This document shows, piece after piece, positions 36,415 through 50,400 of a DNA stretch of 64,000 bases. Position numbers and translations under genes: made by a program. The notes below the pieces were generated by a model. It ran no database searches. It was given only the letters and a program-made list of their open reading frames with translations, and had not been told where the DNA came from. Positions within the stretch are counted from its first letter, which is position 1. Every line of letters begins with the position of its first letter. Location of the stretch: the NCBI GenBank assembly GCA_030390025.1, contig JASTWF010000070.1:124001-188000 (forward strand), written 5' to 3'. The stretch comes from Squalus acanthias (Eukaryota).

Positions 36415-37360
36415 ACAACAACAACAACAACTGGTATTTATATAGCGCTTTTAATGTAGTAAATGTCGCAAAGTGCTTCGCAAGAGCGTTTTCTCAAAAA
36501 AAATTGACTCCATGCCACATAAGAACTAACGATATATTAGGGCCGATAACCAAAAGCTTGCCAAAGAGGTAGGTTTTAAGGAGCATGTTAGAGGAGGAGA
36601 CAGAGATCGGGAGGTGGAGAGGTTTAGGGTGGGAATTCCAGACCTTACGGCCCAGGCAGCTGAAAGCACGGCCGGCAATGGTTGAGAGATTATAATTGGG
36701 GATGTTCAATAGGCCAGAATTAGAGATGCGCAGATATCTCAGAGCATTGTGGGGCTGAATGAGATTACAGAGATGGGGAGGAGCGAGGCCATGGCGGAAT
36801 TTGAAAACAAAGGTGAGAAATTTAAAATCGAGGTGTTGCTTAACCGGGAGCCAATGTAGGTCAGCGAGCACAGGGGTGATCATTGAACAGGTCTTGGTGC
36901 GGGTTAGGACACGGGCAGCCGCATTTTGGATGAACTCAAGTTTACGGAGTGTAGAAAGTGGTCGGCCGGCCAGGAGTGCTTTGGGATATTCAAGTCTAGA
37001 GGTAACAAAGGCACGGATGAGGGTTGCAGCAGCAGATAAGCTGAGGCAAGGGCGGAGATGGGCGATGTTACGGAGGTAGAAATAGGCGGTCTTTGTTATG
37101 GTGCAGATATGTGGTCGGAAGATAATCTCAGGGTCAGATATGACAACAAGATTGTGAACAGTCTGGTTCAGCCAGGGAGAGGGATGGAGTCCATGGCGAG
37201 GGAGCGGAATTCGTGGCGGGGACCAAAGGCAATGGCTTCGGTCTTCCCAATATTTATTTGGAGTAAATTTCTGCTTATCCAGTGCTGGATGCCGGACAAG
37301 CAGTGCGACAATTTAGAGACAGTGGATGGGTCGAGAGAGGTGGTGGTGAGGGAGAGTTGA
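36415..37360 (-). mobile_element. L2 LINE fragment (corresponding fragment at about 48970-49870)
   Basis: ITPVLADLHWLPV and LQINIGKTEAI motifs. Confidence 0.85.
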
Positions 37361-38700
37361 CACAGTGGTGTCAATAGACACGCTGATCTTGGCTATTGCC
37401 CAATGTGGAACTACAGTTCCCAAGGTGCAGTGCGATGATTGGTTCTCCATTCAGCCGTGACGGTGTCAGCAGTGACAGAGCTATTGGGACCTGTGCAAGG
37501 TTGAGAAAGCAGCTCCAGAGACAGCACCAAAGCCCCTTTAATAATTCTAACAGACCAGAGGAATCAGTGATCAGTTCAAGCGCAGAAACAGAACCAAGCA
37601 CCTGGGCTTCACCGAAAAGCCCCTTGTCCAGGTGAGAACCAATCCCTGTCCGAATTCAGTGCCGGCTACTCCACGGGGCAAGAATCCCTCCGGCCGCTCT
37701 GTGTGATTTTCTAAGGAGCAAGGGAATACCTAACTTCACAGTTACACAATTCAGATATTTATTAAACAAAAATATTATTCCTTTGACGCTAATATCTGGA
37801 GCCAACCGAATTATTAACAATTTGATGCATGTTTCTTTCGCCCTCAAGTAACTGACACTAACCAGTTTCAATGTGACTTTTAAAAACATGAATCAAGACT
37901 CTGTGTGGGGAGTTAGGGATTGACTCCAAACAGGAGAAGTGTTCAACATCACAGAGCCCCAGAAACAACTGACCCCGCCGCTTAATAATTCAACTGGAAC
38001 AGGGTTTAAAACGGGAGCTGCGCGCATTAATCGTACCCGCAGGAAATTAAAGGCAAGGTGTCATTTTATTAATATTGTGCCGAGTTTTATTTGCCCTCCT
38101 GAGTTTTAAAGGGGGTGACTCAGACTATAATTGAACAACTTCTCTTTAATCCGGGGCAGGCTGTAAAATGCCGCTTTCTTCCCCTCTTTCTCATTCATCT
38201 AATTCGCTCTTTACTCCGCCTCAGGAATATTCTCATCAGAAATTCTTTTAAGACTGAAGCCCAAATCATATTTCTCAATTGAAATCCCAATTTTAAAGGG
38301 ATTGACAAATTCAGGGTTGTCTTGCTGCTGATTTAGAGAAAGGGACGTCAGTCTATTATGAAAAATTTATTTTAGGGGGAAAAGATTATTTTAAAATCTG
38401 ATGCAGTATGTCAGAGAGTAACAGCGCGTTATCAGAACGATTCCGGCCGAAGTGCATCAGCTGATCCGTATCTCTACAATCCGCCCCTCATTTTTCTGGG
38501 GTAGAAAACAGACTTAATATTCATTAACGCAAAAGTCTTCGAAATCTTGGAACCTTCTCTTAACAGAGACTCCAATTGGAGTTTAAACATTTTTATAAAT
38601 TAAAGGTTGAAGATTTTAATAATTTAATCAGACACAAATAGATTTATAAAATACCCGAATTGAAAATCTGCCTCCTTCCTTTTCCTGGCCCCTCCTAGCC

Positions 38701-38724
38701 ATTTGCATACCGGGTAATAAATAG
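38701..38724 (+). promoter_or_regulatory. Ig promoter octamer plus TATA-like box, unit 1
   Basis: ATTTGCAT at 38701-38708 followed by taataaata, 140 bp upstream of the ATG. Confidence 0.85.
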
Positions 38725-38840
38725 ACCCGGAGTCTCGGGTTTGCAGACACTGTAACCGGACCGGGTCCCGGAGTTTACAGGAAGAGCGCACGGTTCAGTC
38801 GGAAATTTGAGCGGTGGCTGTTGGCGCTTCTCCGGAGGAA

Positions 38841-41800
38841 ATGGCTCCAGCGATGCATCTCCTGTGGGCTCTGCTGATCCATTCAACAGGTGGGAGACGG
38901 ATGGTTTTAGTCACGGGTTTATCCGCAACTAAATCGGTTCAATACCGAGAATCGAGCGGTTTTCTATCCGTGTTTATTGACGCATTAACGTCCTATTTGC
39001 TCCAAGTCTCTGAATGGGTTGACTTTTTTCTTTTATTGAAGGTGTCTTGGCGGCTCCCGTCCTCAATCAGTCCCCAATATCCGATCCTGTCTCCGCGGGT
39101 CAGACCGCCCGGTTGCAGTGTGCGATGCAGAACGGGGCTGTGGGCAGCAAGGGTGTGTGGTGGTACCGACAGCGACCCGGGGAAGCTCCGGTGTGGGTGC
39201 TCGTTCACGGTACCGATGACAGCATCGACCGAGGCACCGGCTTCACAGACCGTTTTCAACCTTCCAGAGACGCCTCGGGTAACAGTTACATTCTGACCAT
39301 CGGAACCCTGGTGCCCGGTGACTCCGCCGTCTATTACTGTGCTGTGTGGGACACGGGATACATCTTCGGACCGGGGACCGTCATGAGTATAAAGAGTAAG
39401 TGACTCTCTCATTCTATCATTCACATTGTTTCAATTATTATTAATTTGCAGTCGCTTTCATTCCCGGGCGCCAGAGAAACCTCAATTCAGTGAATTTTGA
39501 TGTTGGATCTATTTATACCACGAAAATTTTAAACTGCTCAGAATTGGAATTGTTGAAGCGCCTCGGGGAATAATACTGCGCTGAAATGAAGTTTGACACC
39601 ATTTCCTGCTCCCATTCAATAGGGGAGATGAGGAGAAGTGTTCTTTTTACGCAGCGAGTTGTTGTGATCTGGAATGCGTTGCCTGAAAGGGCGGTGAAAG
39701 CAGATTCAATAGTAACTTTCAAAAGGGAATTGGATAAATACTAGAAGGGGACAAATGCAGGGCTATGGACAGAGAGGAGGGGAGTGGGAATAATTGGAGA
39801 GCTCTTTGAAAGAGTCGGCACAAGCACGATGGGCTGAATGCCCTCAGAGTGGCACTGATTGATAAAATAGCGACATAGGAACAGGAGGAGGCCATTCAGC
39901 CACTCGAGTCTGTGTGAAAAAGTACTTCCCTCCTGAATGGCCGGGCTCTAATTTTAATTGAGCTCCCCTGTTTCTTGGTTTTCTGACCAGAGGAAATCGA
40001 TTCTCTGTCTCTACCCGATCGAATCCTTTTTCACATTTTAAACACTTCGATCAACACCCCCGCAAATCTTCTAAAATCAAGAGAACACAAGCCAAATTTA
40101 TGCAACCCGTCCTCGTAATTTAACCCACTAAGCCCCGGTATCATTCGAGTGCAGCAAGAGACAGTGCTAGAGAGGGAAAGGCAAATTGTGAGCTACACTG
40201 TGAAGTTCTGACAGTGGACACTGAATATGTCACTATGTTAAACTGAGACTTGAAGGGAGAAAATTGCAGGGTTATAGGGAAAGAGCAGCGGAGTGGGACT
40301 AATTGGAGAGCTCTTTCAAACAGTCAGCACTGGCACGATGTGATGAATGGCCTCCTCCTGTGCTCTGTGATTCTATGTTCTGCCTTACTTCTTCCCTTAG
40401 TGTATGTGGAATTATTCCTATTGTCCAGAGTCGGCACCGCCCGATTTTAAATAGATTGCCCGGAGCCGGCGGGAAAGCACCTGGGGGAATCCCAACCCAT
40501 TTACTGTCATTTACAAATTTCAATGTTGCTGCTGGTTTTATACCTGTGACGTATTGTCCCCCTGACCGCAGCGGTCGGGTGTCAGGCTCTGGGCTGGGAG
40601 AGAGAGAGGACCCTCCCGAGACCCGCTGTCGCAGTACACAACCGGTTGGATCGACTCCCTGTCGCCAGCAACACCGGGACTAGTCGGGATTGTATTCGTT
40701 TGACGGGACCGCTTTTATTCTGAATTTCCTGCTGCGATATTTAATCTGTCTGATCTCATTATTCGCAATCTCCCCGCTGTTTATAGAGCAGAACCGCCGC
40801 TTTACCATGGAACGGCGCAGTGACAATTACTGACCAGCCCCGTGTGTGTGAGTGAGACTGGGTGATGCTTGTTGAAGGGAACTTTCTCTCCATCTCATTC
40901 TCTCGCTGCTGACCCTCTCACCTCCCCCAGGCTGTGTCTGCTGACTCTCCCTGTCCAGTGTCCCCCCAGGGGATAGCGCCGATTCTCCTGGGTCGCTGTG
41001 TCGGGTCCCGCTACCGCCCAGTGTTGAACGGATCGCTCCGGGACCAGCGAGACTGAGCTGATCCCGAGAGAGAAATCAGTTCACCCGCGCGGGGAGCAAT
41101 ATTTACTTACCTCTGTAGCGAGAATCTTTTACAACCCTTGTTCCCCCTTTCACTAGAAATATCGAACAGTGAAAACCCTTCATCAAAAAAAAGGCTGAGG
41201 GGTGACCGAATAGAGATCTTTAAAATGATGAAAGATTTTGATGGAGTAGACACAGAGAGAATGTTTCCACTTGTGGGGAAGAGGATAACTAGAAACCATC
41301 AATATAAGATAGTCACCAAGAAATCAAATAGGTAATTCAGGAGAAAATTCTTTACCCAGAGAGTGGGGAGAATGTGGAACTCGCTACCACAGGGAGTGGT
41401 TGAAGCGAATAGTATAGATGCATTTAAGGGGAAGCTAGATAAACACATGAGGGGGAAGGGAATAGAGGGTTATGCTGATAGAGTTAGATGTGGAAGTAAG
41501 GGAGGAGGCTCGAGTGGAACATAAACACCGGCATGGACTGGTTGGGCCGAATGGCCTGTTTGTGTGCTGTATATTCTGTGTAATTCTTTGTAATCCATTC
41601 ACAATATTGTTAAGCAGAGTCACTACATTAATTCCCAGCCCGTGTACCATTCCTCTCTTTATTCAGTGAGCTCTTCAACAGACCCGGTAACAGACCCGGC
41701 TCAATTATCATCGCCGCAACATTTAAAGCCGATCAGTTTCTAACACGCAATTCTAAAAAATATGAATTGTTAAAAAAAATTCCAGAGTCTTACAGAATGA

Positions 41801-42834
41801 TACAGCACAGAAGGAGGCCATTCGGCCCATCGTGCCCCTGGCAGCTCTTTGAAAGGGCTTCATCAGTTTGAGATATCAGAACATATGTGGACTCTCGGTG
41901 AAAATCGGGTCACAGCTCCGTGAATTCACCACTTTAATGTTAACACATCGCATTTTAAGACAATCAAACCCTTTATTATATTCAAGTAAAAAGGAAAAAA
42001 CTGCAATGATAGAAAATCAAATAAAAACAGAAAATGCTGGGAATACACGGCCGGTCGGTTAGTGTCTGTAACGGGAACAGACAGTTTAGTGCGGTTCCGG
42101 GGGTGTAACCTGCATCTGAACTGGTCAGTTACTGATCTTTCCGCCTCACACATGCTGACTGACCCGGTCTGTATTTCCAGCATTTTCTGTTGAAGGAAAG
42201 TGACAAAGAAAGAAAGGAAGACTTGTATGTCTAGAGCTCCTTTCACGACCTCAGGACGTCCCAAAGCGCTTTACAGACAATGAAGTACGTTTGAACCAAG
42301 TCACTGTTGTAATGTAGGCAAAAGAATTGGCAGAGGAGCAGAGGAATTAGAGATTTAAGAATTTATTGGAACTCCTGTATTAATCAGTAATTTATTTTAA
42401 AGTGAATGTTGTTCGGGGTTCTTTGGCGTCTTTGATTTTGGATCAGAGCGTCCCACTGATGACGGATTCCATAAACTAATGAATTTTCTCTGCCCCCCCA
42501 CACAGGCAGCGAGGATCGAAGCCCCTCGGTTCTTCTCCTCCCTCCCTCCTCGGAAGAAATCGGCTCGGGCTCGGCCACTCTGTCCTGCCTGGTGAGTCGC
42601 TTTAAGCCGGGCTTGGTGCGGCTCCGCTGGAGCGTGGATGGCCAAGAGACAGACAGCGGGGTGACGACAGGCGCCGTGTCCACAGACAGCGATCAAACCT
42701 ACAGCCTGAGCAGTTACCTGAGAGTCCCCGCCGCCGCCTGGAACAAGGGCTCCAGCTATTCCTGCAGCGTCAGCCACGGCTCCCTGAGCTCACCTCTTCT
42801 CAAGACCATCAGCGCCTCCTCGTGTTCAGACTGA
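38841..42834 (+). CDS. Ig light chain, germline-joined VJ-C (sigma-cart/sigma-2, type I/NS5-like), intact
   Basis: L 38841-38889 (MAPAMHLLWALLIHST), VJ 39042-39395 (PVLNQSPISDPVSAG...YYCAVWDTGYIFGPGT), C 42506-42834 (SEDRSPSVLLLPPSSEEI...KTISASSCSD*); ATTAAA at 42884. Confidence 0.92.
40478..40493 (+). promoter_or_regulatory. Adjacent E-box and NF-kB site in the J-C intron (candidate intronic enhancer)
   Basis: CACCTG at 40478-40483 abutting GGGGAATCCC at 40484-40493, inside a CpG-rich non-repeat block. Confidence 0.45.
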
Positions 42835-43749
42835 GGCGCTGCAAGTTGGCAGTGGAGTTTGATTTTTGCCAGTGTTTAATGTAATTAAACAAAGCATTCG
42901 ATGTGTGCAATCCACTTTTTTGCAATGTAATCGCTGTAGCAATTTCAGTTTTTGGCAAACAATCAGAATGTTTAATAATATCAGAAGAGAACGAAATGAT
43001 TGTGAGATGGAACTTTCTGTACAACTGTCCCCATTATCTTGTGTGTAAACTTTCGCTGTGTGTAGAATGGGGACAGATTTCCCTTTAGTCTGTGACCATA
43101 TTGTGATTGGGAACTTGTGTAGCACAGCTCTTAATAAACATGAAATGCTGCCACGAGCTGAAAATGGTCCGTCTTTACTCAGCACTTAAAGGGACATTGA
43201 GTGGATTACATGGAATGTACAGCACAAACAGGCCATTCAGACCAATCAGTCTATGCCTGTGTTTATGCTCCACACGAGCCTCCTCCCACCCCCATTCACC
43301 TCACTCCATTAACATATCCTTCGATTCCTGTCTCCCCCTTGTACTCATCGAGCTTCCCCTTAAATGCTTCTATACTATTCGACTCAACTATTCCATATGG
43401 TTGCGAGTTCCACATTCTCAGCAATCTCTGGGTATAAAAGGTTGCTCCTGAATTCCCTACTGGAACTCTGAATTTTAAGGTTATGCTTCCTTGTTCGGGA
43501 CGTCCCCCCACCGGAGGAGTAGTTTCTCTCTGTCTACCCTATCAATCCCTTACAAAATCCTAAAAACCTCAATCAAATCACCCCTTAACATTACATATTC
43601 CAGCCAATACAAGTCTAGTTTATCTGATCTCTCCTCGTAATTTAACCCTTGGATCCCTGGTATCATTCTGGTGAATCTGTGCTGAACTCCCTCCAATATA
43701 TCCTTTCTGAGATGGTGTGTCCAGAAACTGTACACAGTGCTCCAGATAC

Positions 43750-44405
43750 TGGATTATTGAAGAAGGGTGGGAGAGAGAAGCCAGGCCACTATCGGCCTGT
43801 CAGATTAACGTCAGTTGTGGGGAAGTTAACAGAATCTGTCATTAAGGATAGAGTGACTGACCACTTCTGCAAATATGAGCTGATCAGAGCGGGCCAACAT
43901 GGCTTTCTTAAAGGTAAATCATGTCTGACTAATGTAGTTGCATTTCTTGAGGAGGTCACTAATCAGATAGAGAAAGGAGTGTCTATGGATGTTATCTATA
44001 TGGACTCCCAGAAGGCCTTCAATAAGGTTCCACATTAAAGATTATTGGCCAAGTTGCGACTGCATGGAATTGGGGGAGCCTATTGATCTGGGCTGGCGTT
44101 TGGATGAGAAGTAAGAGACAGAGAGTCGGGATAAAGAGTAGGTACTCAGATTGGCGGGATGTGACAAGTGGTGTTCCCCAGGGATCTGTTCTGGGGCCTC
44201 AATCTTTCCACTGTATATATTAATGAGTTGGATGAAGGAATAGGGAGTTGTATATCCAAGTTTGCAGGTGGTGTTAAATTAGGAGGCACAGTAACTTGTG
44301 TAGATGGGAGCAACAATTTGGAAGGGGATATGTACAGGCAGTGAGAGGAGTGAAATATGACAGATGTCGCTGAATGTGGGGGATTGTGAGGTAATCCACT
44401 GTGGA
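43750..44405 (+). mobile_element. CR1 RT fragment (duplicated at about 62970-63625)
   Basis: YRPVRLTSVVGK, QHGF.KGKSCLTN. Confidence 0.88.
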
Positions 44406-45212
44406 CCTACTCCTGTTCCTGTGCTCCTAGATCAGCAAGTGAGGATTCTGAATATGGTGAATCATATATGTGAAATGTCCAGAGAACATTGGACAGAGAG
44501 TGTCGCCAATGAGCATGTGCAAGGCTGGTGGGAGGAGGCGGGACTGCGAGTAGCATGCGTCAGCACCAACGAACATACATATTAACCCTGCGTGCGTACG
44601 TAATTATCACACGTGTTATGAACGTGCTGACCTACGATCAACTTGCTTACCTTGCATAATTAAATAGCTGAGCTTGTGAGTACAATTGAGGTCATTCTCA
44701 TAGCACTGGAGGTGCTAAGTTTCTATAAGTGTATTGATAAATAAAGATTATTAATCTCTCTATCTCTTGATCCACCAGTATATATTAAAGTGAAGGATAA
44801 GGATTATTCTGACACCACACATCACGTGGCTGTTTGATTTCCAAACCTTAAGCTTCTGTAGATCGTTGCTGAGACCCCATGTGTCACTTTGGCGCAGTAG
44901 CTTGAAAAGTGAAATTATTCCATTGCAGGCCATTCATTAAAGAGCGCCACGCATCATTCTGGGGTTAGATTACGAAAGAGATTGCTAAAACTCAGTCTGA
45001 TTCCGTTGCTCAATCAAGTATTGAAAGGGGACATCATCCGGGTCGGAAAAGCACAGATAATGAACGTATGGTCAGGGTCTTTGGGCTGGGCTGTGAACTT
45101 GGAACTGGAGGATAGTTTAGGAACTACACGCGGGGCGGCAAAAGAGGAAAAGATAAACAATTCCCACACAGTATAGTAGGTCTTTGTCAAAGACTCCCTG
45201 TGGAGACACTTA

Positions 45213-47002
45213 GGCCGCGATTTCCCCTAACTGGGCGGGTCCGTGGCGGGCGAGATCGTTGGCGGGTCGCGGCCTCGCTGCTGGATCAATCTCGGCCTCC
45301 TACATGACTTGCCCATGATTGGGCTTGTTAATCCCGTTTTGCGAGTTTCCCAGCCAATTGAAGGAAGCGGGTCTGATGACGTCATTTTATGCCGCGTCAT
45401 CAGCCGGTTTTCTTAAAGCGACCATGCGCAAATTTACTTTCACATTTGTGCTGTTCCTGTTCTGCAGCATTGAGGTGCTGCAAACATTGATAAGCATTTC
45501 ACAGAGGTGCACAGCTGCACCCACGCTCTCCCATGACTCCCTTCAGAGCACGTAGGAAGGCTCTTTTCCCTTCCAATGAGACCTCCCCAGGAGACCAACG
45601 TAACCTGGTTGCACATTGCACAGGAGGACACAAGCAGGGATATCGTCAAGAGGACCAGGCTTCAATGGCGCAAATCTTTCAATGATCTCAGAAGAACACG
45701 AAATGTTAATGCAAAGACACACTCAACCTTAACCTGCTGTGCCACTCATCACATCTCCATGCCTCTGTCTTCCCTGTCCTACTGCTGCACAGCCTTACTC
45801 ACACCAACTTACCTTGCACCTCTACCCATCCCTCTCTATCTACATTCTCACTTCCACATATCACTAGACACCACTCACACTCACCCTCATCCTAGTCCAA
45901 TCATGCCAACTAACAACACACAAGGATAGGCGCTTGTGTGTTTTAGCCAATTTTCATTTGAAATTTCTGTTAGAAGACATGGAAATCTTTTTTTCTACAC
46001 ATCTTCTATACTTCGTCAGATTGGTGTGCACCTTTGAAAGTGATCTGTGAGTTGCAGTGAATGATGAAGCATAATCGTACCCCCACCCCCGCAATGCTGA
46101 TGAGTGAGAAAGGAATGGCTTGGGCATTGTAGGGATGCTTTACGTTGTTGGTGTGGGGTGGTGCCAACCTGGCGCATCATGTGGCAGCCATATGGGTGTG
46201 GAACATCAAGTGAAGTATATGTGGCCACGGTGAGGACATTCCTGGCGTCCCGGGAAGCAATGTGGTCGGGTGCTGATGCCCTCTGTCCTGTGCAGCATCA
46301 GTTGATTACGGAGAAGGTTGGTGTTGTTGTTGGTGCTGCTGGTGTGCCTGGTGATGCTGGTGTTGCGGCTGATTGTGCTCAGATTATGAGGACCAAGGTG
46401 GGAGAGTATAAACCGTACCCATGCTGATGGAATAAATGGCAGGTGAACTTGAGATGAGAGAAGGAATCTGTCAATGCTGAAAGAGGTTGTTCCAATGAGG
46501 TGACACGAGGTTACATATTAACCCTGCGTGCATACGTAATAATTACACGTACTATGAACGAGTTTGCTCCAAACACTTGAAATCTGCTTAAAGCTCAATC
46601 TCTCTTCCAAATGCAGTAAGCAACAGCTTTTGAGTTTGGAAAGTGAGCAGCTGTGAGATGGGAGCTTTTATAGCACATTTCCAGATGTCAAGTAATGAGA
46701 TGGCGATTCAACTCCCGCCCAGCTTAACAGACGTGATGCCCCATCAGCGTGGACCCCGTTGGCAAGCTGGTAAGTTCCAAATGTGAGCTCAAAATTGTTG
46801 TTACTGCTCTGTTAACAAGGTGATAATGACCTGAATTGCCTCCGCCGCCGCCACATGTCGGGTCTGTTTAGCGCTGACAGACCGACATTTGGTAAATGCG
46901 CGAGGTGGCGGGTTGACAGCGGGATCCCGACCACTGTAAAAAAACATTTTCCCTCCTGACCCGCTACCGATCCCGCCGCTGAACCCCAGGAAAATTCCCC
47001 CC
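45213..47002 (+). mobile_element. Degenerate PIF/Harbinger-like DNA transposon
   Basis: Myb/SANT-like remnant (W..IAQE...RT..QWRKSFNDL, ORF 45576-45929); imperfect inverted ends ggccgcgatttcc / ggaaaattcccccc; flanked by TTA and TAA. Confidence 0.55.
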
Positions 47003-47057
47003 TAAGATTACAGTTAGACTTTAGGTTGGAGTCGTTTAGAACTCGGTACAGACCCAG

Positions 47058-47429
47058 CCGGTATTTTCCGGTGTGATAGCGGGCGAGATCGGTGGGGGGT
47101 CGGGAGGGAATTTTTATTTTTTTGTCAGCGGGTCAGGATCCCGCTGTCATCTCGCCCGCATGCCCCTTAGTGCAACGACAGCACTATGTTAGATTAAACT
47201 TCAACTGTGATGTGGCCATGGTCCCTTTAAAGATGCTGGTTGATAACGCGTCATGAATGACGTCATCTGACCCGCTCCATCTCATTGGGCCGGGTAACGC
47301 GCTGATCGGGCTTAATTGGCCCCCTTAAGGTGAGTTAATTTTCAGCAGCGGGATGGAGCCAGCGGTGGGGTCGCGACCCACCATGGCCACTGTCCGCACC
47401 GGACCCGCCCAGCTAAGCAAAGTACCGGC
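47058..47429. mobile_element. MITE-like element
   Basis: Inverted ends gccggtattttcc / gcaaagtaccggc. Confidence 0.5.
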
Positions 47430-50400
47430 CTTGACTCCAAAGCGAAAGGACAATCCTGGAGCTGTGAATGCGGCGGAATGACACTCCTGTCACTTAAAGT
47501 GCTCCACCTGTTAGATTCCCCCGCAAATTTCTGAAGATTTCACATTTTAACTGTTGGTAGCAAAACTTCGTGGATCCCAATCTGTCCTGAGCCCTTCTCT
47601 AAACCTCTCCGCCTCTCTCTTCACCTTTAAGACCCTCCTTATAACCCACCTCTCTGAGCAAGTTTTTGGTCACTTGTCCCAATATCTCCTTATGTGGATC
47701 GGTGACACATTTTGTTTGTTAAGCGCTCCCGTGCAGCATCTTTGGACGTTTTACTACGTTAAAGGCGCTGTATAAAAACATGTTGTTGTTGGTGCTCTGT
47801 AGCCTACATACAGTGCTCTTAGATTACTTTATTGACCCAGCAATTCATTCCTGAACGCAATAGGACCTGGGAACTCTATTGGGGGAATGGATGGGAATAA
47901 GATGGGCGGGAGAGGTTTGGGTGTGTTACATATGACAATAAGCTAACCCCACCTGAACCCACTGCATCATCTCCTGCTGCCACATCTAAGCTCTCAGGCG
48001 GGAAACCTCACAAAAATATTTAAATCATGCTCCCACAGTGCAGTTGGGAGACTGACTTGAATTTAACGGCTGCGAGCCGTGTTTCCCGGTGCTCAGGAAA
48101 CCCAGCATCGAAATCTCCCCTCAACCCTCCCTGCTCTAAGGAGAACTATTTCAGTCTCTCCACATAAGTGAAGTGCCTCATCCCTGGTACCATTGTAGTA
48201 AATCTCCTCTGCAAGGTCTTGACATCTTTCTTAAAGTGTGGTGCCCAGAATTGAACACAATACTCCAGCTGAGACCTAACCAGTGTTTATTAAGGTTTAT
48301 CATAACGCCCTTGTTTTGTCATCTATACCTCTATTTTAACAGCCTTCGCAACTTTTCCTGCGACCTTCATAGATGGGTGTACCTGAACCCCAGGTCACTC
48401 TGTTCCTGCACCCCCTTTACTAACTGAAATTGAGCTATAAACCCTGTCAACATGTTTCCAGAAAGGCGCACTTTACTAGTAATAATTAATAATCCCTCAC
48501 GTTTCCTTCTTTCCATATTAATCTCCAGTGTTGGTGATTTAGTACATGTCCACTTCCCCATTGCTACATTTCTCCTGCACAATTTACTTCTGTGTAAGTA
48601 GATGCGATGTATTCACCTCAATTATGGCATTAGATAGCATAATAAATACTGGAAAAAGCTCATAGCTCCTCTGGGTAACACCTAAATATATAACAGTAAC
48701 ATTTTACGCACATAATTTGTATTCTCTAATTATCCTCGACTCACTGCATTATGCTGGAGAAATCACCCAGCTTTTATCGGGCGAAGTTGCTTAGTTCCAG
48801 TCACGAGTTCTGTTTGCTGTAGTTTGTACATGCTCTTTTTAAATAGACCCTGCAGACTGTTAGCTGTCATGCGCTGCTTAAATACACTCGATTTGCTGAA
48901 TAAATAGAGTTTGTTTGCTGTAAGGTAGACTGTTCGATGTGAATCCTGCCTAAAGTCCCGTCCCACCTTCAACAACAACAACAACTTGTATTCATATAGC
49001 ACCTTTAATGTAGTAAAACGTCCAAAGTTACTTCACAGGAGTGTTATCAATGAAGTTTGACTCCGAGCTACATAAGGAGATATTAGGGCCGAAGACCAAA
49101 AACTAGGTCAAAGAGGCAGGTTTTAAGGAGTGACTTGAAGGCGGAAAGAGAGGTAGAGAAGAAGAGAGGTGCAGCGAGGGAAGTCCAGAGCTGAGGGCCT
49201 AGGCAGCTGAAAGCATTGCCACCAATGGTGGGGCGATGTGCAAGAGGCCAGAATTGGAAGAACGCAGATATCTCGGAATGTTGTCGGGCTGGAGGAGATG
49301 ACAGAGATAAGGAGGGGTGAGAACATGGAGGGATTTGAAAACAAGAATGCTCATTTTAAAATGGAGGTGTTACTTAACCATGAGCCAATGTAGGTCAGCG
49401 AGCACAGGGGTGAAGGGACTTGGTGCATGTTTTGGATGGTCTCAAGTTTACAGAGGGAAGAAAGTGGGAGGCCGGCCAGGTGTGTGTTGGTATAGTAAAG
49501 ACTAGAAGTAAAAAGTGTTGCGCATGAGGGTTTCAGCAGCTGATGAGCTGAGGCGCGGTGGAGTCAGGCGATGTTATTGAGGTGGAAAAATGTTGTCTTA
49601 CTTATGGCATGGATATGTGGTCGGAAGCTCATGTCGAGGTCAGATATGACACCATGGTTGCCAACAGTCTGTATAAATCTCAGACATTTCCCAGGGAGAG
49701 GGATGGAGTCAGTGGTGAGGGAACGGAAATTGTGGCGGAGACTGAAGAGAATGGCTTTGGTCTTCCCAATATTTAGTTGGAGGAAATTCTGCTCATCCAG
49801 CGTTGGATGTTGGACAAGCAGTGTGACAATTTAGAGAGAGTGGAGTGGTCGAGAGAAGTCGTGGTGAGGTAAAGCTGACACAGTGGTGTCAATAGACACG
49901 CTGATCTTATGTATTGTCCAATGTGGAACTACAACTCCCAAAGTGCAGTGCGCGGTGTTGCCAGTGCTCTGCAATGATTGGTTCTCCAGTCGGCCGTGTC
50001 AGTGTCAGCAGTGACAAAGCTCTGGGGACCTGTGCAAGGTTGAGAGAGCAGCTCCAGTCACAGCACCAAAGCCCCTTTAATAATTCTAACAGACCAGAGG
50101 AATCAGTGATCAGTTCAAGCGCAGAAACAGAACCAAGCACCTGGGCTTCACGGAAAAGCCCCTTGTCCAGGTGAGAACCAATCCCTGCCCGAATTCAGTG
50201 CCGGCTACTCCAGGGTGCGAGAATCCCTCCGGCCGCTCTGTGTGTTTTTCTAAGGAACAGGGGAATACCTAACTTCACAGTTGCACAATTCAGATATTTA
50301 ATAAACAAAATATTTTATTTCTTTGACGCGAATATCTCGAGACAACCCAATTATTAACAATTTGATGCATGTTTCTTCCGCCCTCAAGTAACTGACACTA

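Noticed and set aside
38814-39296. 160-aa ORF and equivalents at 51356 and 57508
   Set aside because: Leader exon reading through the intron into the wrong frame of the V exon
40196-40202. CACTGTG heptamer in the J-C intron (also CACAGTG at about 37361 and 49880)
   Set aside because: No nonamer at 12 or 23 bp spacing
45576-45929. Myb/SANT-like host gene
   Set aside because: Degenerate and enclosed by transposon-like inverted ends; treated as a Harbinger remnant
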